DNA of 38,530 bases, from IMG/VR virus record IMGVR_UViG_3300049455_000021, positions 1 to 38,530 of that record. One strand, written 5' to 3'. Source of the stretch: a virus. Its lineage: Duplodnaviria; Caudoviricetes. Under the pieces are notes generated by a model. The model was not told the DNA's origin and searched no databases. It worked only from the letters and a program-made list of their open reading frames with translations. Both the position numbers and the translations under genes were made by a program. Shown piece by piece: positions 1-7,686 of this stretch. How positions within the stretch are numbered: the first letter of the stretch is position 1; each line of letters starts with the position of its first letter.

Positions 1-471
1 CGGAAGTGGGGGGAGGTCCCGCAGATACAGGCCGGTGGACACTCCCCTCCCGGGCACGCGTACGCCCCGCGTGATGGGCACCCCGGCGGCCGCGCACAGG
101 TCGCGGACCTGGCCGGTGGCAGCCGGGTCGTCGTACAGGTCGGCGGCGAGCTGGGCGAGGTGCAGCCGGTCGTCCTTGGCCATCAGCTCGTGGAGGAGTT
201 CCAGGAACTCGGCTGGGGTGTAGTCGCCGTCGTCGGTGCCCTCAACCTCCTCGCCGTCGGCCTGCGGCTGGCTGGCGTACCAGGCAGCCAGGAGCCCGAC
301 GCCGGCCACCGGGGCGAGCAGGACCGGCGCGGCGAGGCAGACCCCGCCGAGGAACCCGACGGCCGCCAGTCCCCCGCCGATCCGCTGCACGCCGGTCCAG
401 GGGCCGTCAGCCCACAGCCAGATCCGGTACCGGCGGGCCAGCGAGACGCTGCCGCTAGTGAGGCGGTTCAC
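1..471 (-). CDS. membrane protein of the Spd-like module, 3' end cut by window edge
   Basis: Not in ORF track. GTGA overlap with the upstream stop at 468-471; open to base 1; MNRLTSGSVSLARR..., two hydrophobic helices then a soluble domain. Confidence 0.7.
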   Translation of the reverse strand, partial: MNRLTSGSVSLARRYRIWLWADGPWTGVQRIGGGLAAVGFLGGVCLAAPVLLAPVAGVGLLAAWYASQPQADGEEVEGTDDGDYTPAEFLELLHELMAKDDRLHLAQLAADLYDDPAATGQVRDLCAAAGVPITRGVRVPGRGVSTGLYLRDLPPLP

Positions 472-959
472 CGAAGGATCGCAGTGAAGCCAAGGCCGAT
501 GGCGTTGACGCCACTGGCGAGGGGCACAGCTGCTGCACCGGCGATGGTGCCGGACAGGCCGAGGCAGCTCCCGGCGACGATCCCGAAGAACAGCGTCCCG
601 GTGGGGATCTTCCCGGCCCACTTCCACAGGCCGACGATGACCAGGGTGAGGAGGAACACGACGACGTATCCGCCGGGGCTGAGGGCGATCTGGCGGGCCC
701 GGGTGACGTCGGCGGTGGTGCCGCCGACGCCGTAGACGAGGGCCAGGTCGCCGAGGCCGTTGGCGCCCCACAGGGCGATGCCCGCGGCGCCTCCGAGGAG
801 TCCGCCTGCGGTGAGGATGGCGAGCATTCCGTAGATGGCGGAGAGGAGGAAGGGGGTGAGGGCGGCGATCTGGCGTTTCTCGCGGAACCACCAGCGGAGT
901 CCGGCGAGGACGAGGATGCCGGCGCCGATGGCGACGCCGCCGAGGGTGACGGTGTTCAT
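468..959 (-). CDS. multi-pass membrane protein (plasmid spread-like)
   Basis: 163 aa, almost entirely hydrophobic and Gly-rich; AGGAG RBS. Confidence 0.75.
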   Translation of the reverse strand: MNTVTLGGVAIGAGILVLAGLRWWFREKRQIAALTPFLLSAIYGMLAILTAGGLLGGAAGIALWGANGLGDLALVYGVGGTTADVTRARQIALSPGGYVVVFLLTLVIVGLWKWAGKIPTGTLFFGIVAGSCLGLSGTIAGAAAVPLASGVNAIGLGFTAILR

Positions 960-961
960 GG

Positions 962-1108
962 TCAGCGCTCCTGGGTTTCGGTCTGCGGCTCGTACGGGCG
1001 GCCGAAGTTGGTGACGGTGTGGGCGGGGTCGGGCTGGGGGCTGATCTGCCGCTGGCCGTACTGGTCGGTGGTGGCCGGGGCGGGGTGGGGCTCGCGGTTC
1101 TCAGACAT
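962..1108 (-). CDS. small hypothetical protein (48 aa)
   Basis: MSENREPHPAP...QER; GGAG upstream; fills the operon gap. Confidence 0.5.
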   Translation of the reverse strand: MSENREPHPAPATTDQYGQRQISPQPDPAHTVTNFGRPYEPQTETQER

Positions 1109-1112
1109 GGGG

Positions 1113-1265
1113 TCAACTCCGGAGGAGGAGGGGAAGGGCGACGATGGTGAGGGCGATCCACAGGCCGGCGGCGGCGCGCAGGTAGGCGGCGGCGTCCCGG
1201 GGTGTGCGGACGCAGAGACCTACGAGGGCGAGCGCGGCGAGCAGGCCCCAGAACAGGGCGAGCAC
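1113..1265 (-). CDS. small two-helix membrane protein (50 aa)
   Basis: MLALFWGLLAALALVGLC...GLWIALTIVALPLLLRS; GGAG RBS. Confidence 0.65.
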   Translation of the reverse strand: MLALFWGLLAALALVGLCVRTPRDAAAYLRAAAGLWIALTIVALPLLLRS

Positions 1266-1284
1266 GGGGGTGTCTCCGGTCAGC

Positions 1285-2100
1285 TCAGTTGAGCGAGGCG
1301 GGGTCGAAGAGGTTGCCGAGCGCGGCGTCCCGAAACGCGGGGGTGAGCTTGCCGCGGCCGACCCACGTGCCGACGGTGCTCGTTGAGACGCCCTTGAGTT
1401 CGGCGACGTCTCGGGTGGTGAGCAGGTGGTTGCTCGGCTTGCTCGCGGGGGCTGGGATGCGGCCTGTAATGGCGGCCGGGGGCTGGCTCAGCGAGATCGG
1501 CAGGACTGGCGTTGGCGCGGCCATTGAGACGGGTGGCGCCGACTCCGGAGCGGTCTCGACCACCTCGGTGGCGGCCGTCGGCTCGGGCTGCTCGGCCGCT
1601 GACTCGGGCTGAGCAACGGGGTGAGCAACCGGCGTCGCTGCGAGGTGCAGCAGGTGCCCGAGGACGAGCGGCGGGACGCAGCTCACGATGACGACGAGCC
1701 ACAGGGGGCTGCGCGGGGTGGCGCTGAGCCAGCCGGTGACGAAGGCGTGGCTCACGGGCTGGGCGGCCATGGCGCAGAGCAGGGCGGTGATGGCCCCGGC
1801 GACGGCGGAGCGCTTGCCAGGGGCGCGCTTGGGGCGGCGGGTGGCGACGACGGAGGCGATGCCCGCGTAGGCGGCGAGCACGGCGGCCATCCCCCATGCG
1901 AGATGGGTGTCCCATCCTGCTAGGACGCCGAGGTGGTGCTCTCCAGGGGCGCACATGACCATGACGATGATGGCGACGAGTGGCCGGCCAAAGTCGGTGA
2001 GGAGGCTGACCCACCAGGGTTCGGCGGTTCGGGTGTTGCTCGACGTGCGGGGCTTGCTCGCTCGCGCACGGAGCCAGGGCATATGATCACGCACAGCCAC
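1285..2100 (-). CDS. DUF2637/Spd-like membrane protein with C-terminal HTH
   Basis: About four TM segments, Pro/Ala/Glu linker, C-terminal LLTTRDVAELKGVSTSTVGTWV excisionase-like HTH. Confidence 0.65.
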   Translation of the reverse strand: MAVRDHMPWLRARASKPRTSSNTRTAEPWWVSLLTDFGRPLVAIIVMVMCAPGEHHLGVLAGWDTHLAWGMAAVLAAYAGIASVVATRRPKRAPGKRSAVAGAITALLCAMAAQPVSHAFVTGWLSATPRSPLWLVVIVSCVPPLVLGHLLHLAATPVAHPVAQPESAAEQPEPTAATEVVETAPESAPPVSMAAPTPVLPISLSQPPAAITGRIPAPASKPSNHLLTTRDVAELKGVSTSTVGTWVGRGKLTPAFRDAALGNLFDPASLN

Positions 2101-2160
2101 GAGGAGACCTCCGAGTCTCTGGGTGGTAGCCGAGGCGGGGTTGGCGCCCTGTCTCGGTCA

Positions 2161-2208
2161 GGCCCTCGTTCCGGTGTGCAACCACCGGGCGGGGGCCGTT
2201 CTTTTGTT
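2161..2208 (+). terminator. intrinsic terminator-like hairpin, antisense to the genes
   Basis: GGCCCTCGTTCCGGTG-TGCAAC-CACCGGGCGGGGGCC followed by GTTCTTTTG; mismatches are G-U pairs only in + orientation. Confidence 0.55.
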
Positions 2209-2220
2209 GTCTGTCGGGTG

Positions 2221-2250
2221 ACTTTAGCACGGTAGTTGATGCTTCGTCAT
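2221..2250 (-). promoter_or_regulatory. sigma70/HrdB-like promoter for the membrane module
   Basis: ATGACG-N18-TAAAGT on the minus strand. Confidence 0.5.
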
Positions 2251-2314
2251 GGTTTGTGGGGGTTGCTCGGAGGTCTCGCTCAGGTTGCTCAGCGGGCTTG
2301 CTCAGTCCTCGCCG

Positions 2315-2512
2315 CTATGGCGGTTGGGGACGCCTCCGCTGGTTCGGGTCTTCTGTGAACGCTTCACGCTCCTGGCGCGTTCGCATTCCCGGCAGTACCG
2401 GGCCCCCCTGGGGCTTATCCGAGTGGCCTCGGGCGAGGTCTCGGTCGGCGTAGATGCCGACGATCGAGCCGCCTTCGTGTATCTCGCCCTTCATGAGCGT
2501 CCAGACCTGCAT
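2315..2512 (-). CDS. small hypothetical protein, possibly truncated
   Basis: GAGG RBS; MQVWTLMKGEIHEGGSIVGIYADRDLA then a low-complexity tail. Confidence 0.45.
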   Translation of the reverse strand: MQVWTLMKGEIHEGGSIVGIYADRDLARGHSDKPQGGPVLPGMRTRQEREAFTEDPNQRRRPQPP

Positions 2513-2554
2513 GGGGTGGTCCTCTCTGGCGGTGGTGCATGGGGTCGGGTTGGT

Positions 2555-2591
2555 GGTCCGGCGGCCGGGTGGTGTCACCGGCCGCCGGACC
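2555..2591. terminator. GC-rich intergenic hairpin
   Basis: GGTCCGGCGGCCGG / CCGGCCGCCGGACC 14-bp stem. Confidence 0.45.
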
Positions 2592-2604
2592 GGACTGGGG
2601 TGGA

Positions 2605-2820
2605 TCAGGTGCGGTCGCGGCCCTGCTGGATGGCCTGCGCGGTGAGGATGGGACCGAGGCGCGGCAGCACACCCGACAGGCGCGGAGTGGTGACACCGAG
2701 AGCTTCGAGCGCCCGGTGCAGCTCCTCGGCTCCTACGGCGATCTGGCGCATCGCGGCCTGCACACCGGGGTCTTCCTGGGCGGCGATGGCTACGGGGCTG
2801 CTGGGCGACGGCTGGGGCAT
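2605..2820 (-). CDS. hypothetical protein
   Basis: 71 aa, GGAGG RBS. Confidence 0.6.
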   Translation of the reverse strand: MPQPSPSSPVAIAAQEDPGVQAAMRQIAVGAEELHRALEALGVTTPRLSGVLPRLGPILTAQAIQQGRDRT

Positions 2821-2844
2821 GGTGTCCTCCGGGGTGGTGTGCGG

Positions 2845-3135
2845 TCAGTCGCAGTCGCCGTAGTCCTTGGTCGACTCCGGACGGGGGATCAGTGCCGGGG
2901 CGTGCGCGTCGTTGGGTGCGGCCCAGACCATGCGGACCTGGCAGCCGTCGGTGATCTCCGGCATGTAGCGCGGCTCGTCCGCCGGCCACATGTCCGGCCA
3001 CGCGCCGGTGATGCCGCCGGCCTCGTTCACCATCTGGTTCGCCGGTGGCCAAAACGCTTTCGGTTCCCATCGGGTCTGGCCGTCCCAGGGGCCTCCGATG
3101 TAGGTGACCTCGCGTGAGACGTCGGGGTTGGGCAT
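2845..3135 (-). CDS. hypothetical protein (YIGGPWDG motif)
   Basis: GAAGGG RBS before ATG at 3135; GGPxDG motif typical of small phage proteins. Confidence 0.65.
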   Translation of the reverse strand: MPNPDVSREVTYIGGPWDGQTRWEPKAFWPPANQMVNEAGGITGAWPDMWPADEPRYMPEITDGCQVRMVWAAPNDAHAPALIPRPESTKDYGDCD

Positions 3136-3210
3136 GGCGGTCCCTTCGCTGGGCGGGCGGGCTGAGTGCCTCGTGGGGTGCGCGTACGGGACACGCACCC
3201 GGGCAGGGCG

Positions 3211-3708
3211 TCAGGTGGAACGCTTGGCCTGCATGCGGAGCGCGTCCGCGACCGTGAAACCGTTCACGGTGACGCGCGGAGCCGCTTCCTTGGCGAGGCG
3301 CAGCGCGGTGTCCAGATCGAACCGGTGAGTGGCCAGCCACTCGTCCTCGCGGTTGGACGGCGTCGACTCGTAGTCCCAAGTCCCGTCAGCGCCGAGGTTC
3401 TCGCCGTGGCGCTTCACGGCCCACAGGTCCCGGCCTCGGTACTCCACCGTGATCGCGAAGACGTGACTGTCGATGCCGTCTTCGGCGAGGCAGTTGACGG
3501 TGTACTGGGTCGGTCGGGCAACGGCCTCCGGAGTGGCAGAGACAGCATCAGCCTTGTCGCGGCACTCCTCGGAGCAGTAGGCGACGGGGTTACTGTCCAT
3601 GTAGTCACGGTCGATGCGCCCATAGCTGTCCTTCGGGGCGTCCTTGCCATACCAGTTGCAGAAGTTCGTCTCTCCGCAGGTGCCGCACTCGGCGATGTTC
3701 TGGGCCAT
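3211..3708 (-). CDS. hypothetical protein with N-terminal Cys cluster
   Basis: MAQNIAECGTC...YCSEEC; GGAG RBS. Confidence 0.65.
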   Translation of the reverse strand: MAQNIAECGTCGETNFCNWYGKDAPKDSYGRIDRDYMDSNPVAYCSEECRDKADAVSATPEAVARPTQYTVNCLAEDGIDSHVFAITVEYRGRDLWAVKRHGENLGADGTWDYESTPSNREDEWLATHRFDLDTALRLAKEAAPRVTVNGFTVADALRMQAKRST

Positions 3709-3757
3709 AGCTAGTCTCCGATCGGAGGGTGGTGCGCGGGCGGTGGGCTGAGGGCGG

Positions 3758-4177
3758 TCAGGCGAGGTAGAGGCTGGACTCGGCGAACGTGGCCACGCAG
3801 TCCGAGCAGTGCGGGTCACCGGACGGCCCGGCGGCGAGCTCGTCGGCCTCGCACAGGTACGAGCAGGAGGTGCAGAACGCCTTCGGGGTGGCGGGCTTCG
3901 CGTCGGCCGGGCGGGCCAGCAGGTAGGCGCTGCGGTGCACGGTGTAGGCGGCGATGCGGTCGAGACGGAAGGTGCGGCGGTCGCCGGACTCGCGGTCCAT
4001 GACCTTGAGGAGAATGTCGCCGGCGTTGGAGACCTCGATGGCGTACGTCTCGATGGTGCGGACGGTCTGGTCGCCGTTGGCCTTGAGGTAGGTGATGGTG
4101 ATGGGCTGCTGGCGGTCCATGGCGCGCATGATGCGGAGGGTGGTCTGGGTCTCGGTCTCGTTGGCCGTGTTCCGCAT
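3758..4177 (-). CDS. stand-alone WYL-domain protein with C-terminal Cys motifs
   Basis: ITITYLKANG..TVRTIET..DRESGDRRTFRLDRI WYL signature; CTSC...HCSDC tail; GAGGAGG RBS. Confidence 0.8.
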   Translation of the reverse strand: MRNTANETETQTTLRIMRAMDRQQPITITYLKANGDQTVRTIETYAIEVSNAGDILLKVMDRESGDRRTFRLDRIAAYTVHRSAYLLARPADAKPATPKAFCTSCSYLCEADELAAGPSGDPHCSDCVATFAESSLYLA

Positions 4178-4196
4178 GGCGTCCTCCTCGTTTTGG

Positions 4197-4261
4197 CTGC
4201 CAACTTTCTTGGCACTCTCAGTATGGGGGAGGATGGGCCGCGAGTGCAACATAGTTGGCAG
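4197..4261 (-). promoter_or_regulatory. promoter with two inverted operators
   Basis: TTGCAC-N18-CATACT (4249-4220) flanked by CTGCCAACTTTCTTGGCACT and AGTGCAACATAGTTGGCAG. Confidence 0.65.
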
Positions 4262-4318
4262 TAAATCTTGAACGGGTCTGCCTAGTCAGTTGGCGGTCAC
4301 CCGTGGGACCATGCACCT

Positions 4319-4546
4319 ATGACCAAGCCCGATCCCGACGAGACCGCCACCTGGCTCCGCAGGCTCGACCGAGCCAGCGCCGCCCACGACAAGACCCGAA
4401 TCGTGCTCGAGGAGCTCATCGCTGACGCCCGAACAGCCGGCGTGCCGCTCATGACCGTCGCGAAGCACACCCCGTTCAGCCGCGAGTGGGCCCGGAAGAT
4501 CGCCGACCGGATCGACGCCGAGCGCAAGGCCGCGGCCGACGGTTAA
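4319..4546 (+). CDS. small HTH DNA-binding regulator
   Basis: 75 aa; ARTAGVPLMTVAKHTPFSREWARKI HTH; divergent from the WYL gene. Confidence 0.7.
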   Translation: MTKPDPDETATWLRRLDRASAAHDKTRIVLEELIADARTAGVPLMTVAKHTPFSREWARKIADRIDAERKAAADG

Positions 4547-4630
4547 CGCACCCTCGGAGTACGGTGGTGCCACGGCAAGACGCGCACGCCGGCACCGCCT
4601 TGGCGGTCAAGGTCTCTCGGGGCCCGCGCT

Positions 4631-4657
4631 GAAGCCCCCGGTTCTGCCGGGGGCTTC
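4631..4657. terminator. hairpin between convergent genes
   Basis: GAAGCCCCCGG-TTCTG-CCGGGGGCTTC. Confidence 0.6.
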
Positions 4658-4663
4658 GCGCTG

Positions 4664-5002
4664 TCACGGCCTGGGCGGCGGGGCGAAGACTGCGCCGTCA
4701 AGGTCCTGCACGCTGCCCTGGTCCACGCCCCACAGGAAGGCGCGCTCCGTCGCTTCGATGAAGTCGGCCAGCATCTGGCAGTCGTAGCCGCGGTGGCGGG
4801 GGTGCTGGCAGTCGGGGCAGGTGGGCGGCGGCGGGGTCATGATGCGGACCGTCAGCTCGGGCTGGGTCAGCTGGTGCGTCTCGACCGGTCGGGTCGCGGC
4901 GCGCTGCCGCCAGACGGCCAGCTCGTCCTCAGCAGCGCGGAGTTGCTGCCGGGTCTGCTCGAGCTGGTGCAACACCTGCGTGAGGTAGGCGCTGTCGGTC
5001 AT
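4664..5002 (-). CDS. hypothetical protein (coiled coil, CPDC motif)
   Basis: 112 aa, AAGGAG RBS. Confidence 0.65.
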   Translation of the reverse strand: MTDSAYLTQVLHQLEQTRQQLRAAEDELAVWRQRAATRPVETHQLTQPELTVRIMTPPPPTCPDCQHPRHRGYDCQMLADFIEATERAFLWGVDQGSVQDLDGAVFAPPPRP

Positions 5003-5048
5003 CGGGGGCTCTCCTTACCGGGTGGGCTGGCGGGTCTCGAGGGCGTGG

Positions 5049-5813
5049 TCATTCGTGGATGAGGGGGACGTCGACGCCGGCGCGGCGGTGGGCCTGCCGG
5101 ATCGCGTCCCACTGGATGCCCAACCGGGCGGCGATGCCCTCGCGTGACAGGCCCTCGAGGACGAGTTCGGCGGTGTCTTCGATGACGGCCTGCTGGCGTG
5201 AGGTTTCCGTCCCGTACTGCGGCTGGGCGTTGGGGTCGTCGAGGTTGTCCCAGACGACGTCGGAGTGCCAGCTGTGCCGGGTGGCGAGCGCCCGGGCGCG
5301 GGTCGCAGCGGCTGGCCGGACGCCGTGCTGCTCCGGCTGCTGGTCCCACAGCTCCGCGAACAGCGCGCGGACGGCCGCCTCGACGCGGAGCGACACCTGG
5401 TCCCGCTCGCGGTGCAGCAGCTCGTGGACGTGCTGGACGTGCCGGCCGAGGGCGGCGGCGAGGACGGGCGGCGGCCAGCCGGCGTGCACGAGGGCCTGGA
5501 GGCGCCGGCGGGTGCCGTGCGGGGGGACGCCCGCGGTACTGCACGGGGCCGTGCGGGCGGTCGGCGGGGTGACGGTGAGGATGCGGCGCTCACTGGTCCG
5601 GGTGATCGGGCCCTGCTCGCCGACCGCGCGGTAGAACGTGGCCACGCCGACCCGGGCGGCAGCGCGGATCTCGAGGTCGGTCATGCCCTCTCGGCGCAGT
5701 CCTGCGATGTGGGTGGCGGCCCGCTCGGGCGTGGTGGTGGCGGTGCCGCCGTGGGCCCGGCGGTAGCGGGTGTGCTTGGCCTGGAGGCTGGCACGGGTAG
5801 CGGTGGTGTGCAC
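5049..5813 (-). CDS. multi-HTH DNA-binding protein, paralog of 14517..15356
   Basis: RRLQAL..GW motif; C-terminal GLSREGIAARLGIQW HTH. Confidence 0.7.
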   Translation of the reverse strand: MHTTATRASLQAKHTRYRRAHGGTATTTPERAATHIAGLRREGMTDLEIRAAARVGVATFYRAVGEQGPITRTSERRILTVTPPTARTAPCSTAGVPPHGTRRRLQALVHAGWPPPVLAAALGRHVQHVHELLHRERDQVSLRVEAAVRALFAELWDQQPEQHGVRPAAATRARALATRHSWHSDVVWDNLDDPNAQPQYGTETSRQQAVIEDTAELVLEGLSREGIAARLGIQWDAIRQAHRRAGVDVPLIHE

Positions 5814-5903
5814 GGTGCTTCTCCTGGTGCTGGGCGTACTGTGGTTGGCACCGTGTGGGGCGTCCCATGGGCTGGCGAGCTGGGGGCGCCCCTTCGTGCT
5901 GTC

Positions 5904-6443
5904 TCAGATGAGCGGCGGCTTGTGAGTGATTCGCACAGATCTGATTCCGGATCGGTGCTGGCCCGTCACGGGTTCCTGCATCAACCGGGCCAACGCCTGT
6001 AGCTCGCGTCGGCGTTGTTCAATGAGCCCGGACAATGCCAGCACTTCGCGATTGCGCTGGTCGCGCCTAATTTCCTCGATGGTCTCGGCGACTTGGAGCA
6101 GGGGCAGCGGAGTGTCTTGCTGGCCTCCGAGCGCGCAATCGAGCAGGGCAGCACGGTTGATGACTCGGAGCAGGACTCCGTCCCTCGCTATCCATCCCCG
6201 GTCCTCGAACTTCTTGAGTCGAATGCCGAACGTCTCGCTGGTCCTGTTGACGGACCCCTGGGTGTCTCCCTTCCGCCTCCGCGCCTCGGCCCTGCCCGGT
6301 CCACTCCTTCTGGTCGTTCCTACGGGTAGAAGGCGCCGGATCGTGGTGCGCTGTACGACGTCGAGGTCGAGAGCCGCGAGTGCGAAGGCGACCGTTCTGC
6401 CAATTCCTACGGCGTTGGCGTCTGAGCTGTTGTCGCTGGGCAT
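5904..6443 (-). CDS. hypothetical protein, possible winged helix
   Basis: AAGGAG RBS; TSETFGIRLKKFEDRGWI resembles a Crp-type recognition helix. Confidence 0.55.
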   Translation of the reverse strand: MPSDNSSDANAVGIGRTVAFALAALDLDVVQRTTIRRLLPVGTTRRSGPGRAEARRRKGDTQGSVNRTSETFGIRLKKFEDRGWIARDGVLLRVINRAALLDCALGGQQDTPLPLLQVAETIEEIRRDQRNREVLALSGLIEQRRRELQALARLMQEPVTGQHRSGIRSVRITHKPPLI

Positions 6444-6472
6444 GTGTCTCCTTCGTGCTGTCCTGACGGGCC

Positions 6473-7369
6473 TCAGCGGGCGTCGTCGGGGCGCGGGTGC
6501 GGGCGGAGGTGGATCTCGCCGGGCGGCACGGTGTCGTCGGGGATGACCGGCAGGTCGGTAAGCCGGCCGATCTGTCCCGGCTGGCGGGAAGGCGCGCTGC
6601 ACTGGAAGATCTCGGTCCGCAGCCGATGGATCGCGGCGGGGTGTGCGGCGACCTGCTCGACCGGGTCGGTGCGCACGATGGCCAGCCCGGACTTCTGGAC
6701 AGTCGTTGTGATCGCGGTCTCCAACTGCCGTCGCTCGGCGTCGTACTCGGCCCGTGCGGCGGCGGCCAGCTCGGCCATGGCGGCCAGTGTCGGAGCGGCG
6801 GGCTGGCGGGGCAAGCCGACCGGCGCCCAGTCCGCCACGTCCTCCTGGGACACGGCCATGAGCGGCATGGACTTGACCTCAGCGGGGGCTTTCGGGCCGT
6901 CGAGGGCGGCGATCGTCGGGCATGGCCACGGGACGCCGTGGCTGCCGGTGCAGGCGTGGCAGAGGCCGTAGTCGTCGTGGTGCAGCGCCCGGACCGCGGC
7001 GAGCTGGGCTTCGACCTGCTCGGCGCGCGCCCGGTACTGGTGCATCTCGACGGTCATCTCTCCCCAGCTGGTTGTGATCGCGTTGACCCGCTGGTTCTGG
7101 AGGCGCAGTGCCAGCGCGGCCGACCAGTCGGCGATGACCCGCTCTGCTCGGGCCAGCCGCTCGGCGGGGGTGGCGCGGTTCCACCGCCAGATCCACTGTG
7201 CGGGAGTGGGGACGAGCCACTCGTCGTCGTCGTACGGCTCCTCGCCCTCGCGCAGGCGACCCAGCTCGGCGCGCAGCTCGGCGACAGCGGCCCTGAGCGC
7301 GGGCCCTTCGGAGCGGAGCAGGACACCGCGGGCAGCGCGGTCGACCAGGGTGTCGAGGGTGTCGGTCAT
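6473..7369 (-). CDS. hypothetical phage protein
   Basis: ATGA overlap; CHAC..WPCPT motif; mosaic composition. Confidence 0.65.
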   Translation of the reverse strand: MTDTLDTLVDRAARGVLLRSEGPALRAAVAELRAELGRLREGEEPYDDDEWLVPTPAQWIWRWNRATPAERLARAERVIADWSAALALRLQNQRVNAITTSWGEMTVEMHQYRARAEQVEAQLAAVRALHHDDYGLCHACTGSHGVPWPCPTIAALDGPKAPAEVKSMPLMAVSQEDVADWAPVGLPRQPAAPTLAAMAELAAAARAEYDAERRQLETAITTTVQKSGLAIVRTDPVEQVAAHPAAIHRLRTEIFQCSAPSRQPGQIGRLTDLPVIPDDTVPPGEIHLRPHPRPDDAR

Positions 7370-7686
7370 CGGTGGCCTTTCTGGCGGTTGGCGCGGGCTT
7401 GGGCCCGGCGGTTGGCGCGGTTCGGCGCGGGATCGGGCTGGGCGGTCACGGTGGTGTCGACGGTGGCCGTGCTCGGCATCGGCTGCCCGTGCAGCTCCCG
7501 GAACTGGTCCAGCGTCATGGGGTGCCAGTGGTGGAGGCCGATGCGGTGGTGGTAGCGGTGGCCGTGCTCGTCGGCGTGGACGCCGCAGTAGCGGCAGTCG
7601 AGCGGGTCGTCTTGGATGACGGTCTCGGCGCGGTGGATGGTGGTTTCCCAGGTGGCGCCGGGCCGGGGCGAGTGCTCGCGGGTCAC
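7366..7686 (-). CDS. hypothetical Cys/His-rich protein
   Basis: CRYCG..HGHRYHH; coupled start/stop overlaps. Confidence 0.6.
   Translation of the reverse strand: MTREHSPRPGATWETTIHRAETVIQDDPLDCRYCGVHADEHGHRYHHRIGLHHWHPMTLDQFRELHGQPMPSTATVDTTVTAQPDPAPNRANRRAQARANRQKGHR

Larger units (their letters stand above)
1429..2304. repeat. dispersed 8-bp repeat (G/C)TTGCTC(A/G)
   Basis: Copies at 1429, 1438, 2035, 2053, 2262, 2284 and about 2298; inverted TGAGCAAC at 1610 and 1622. Confidence 0.6.
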
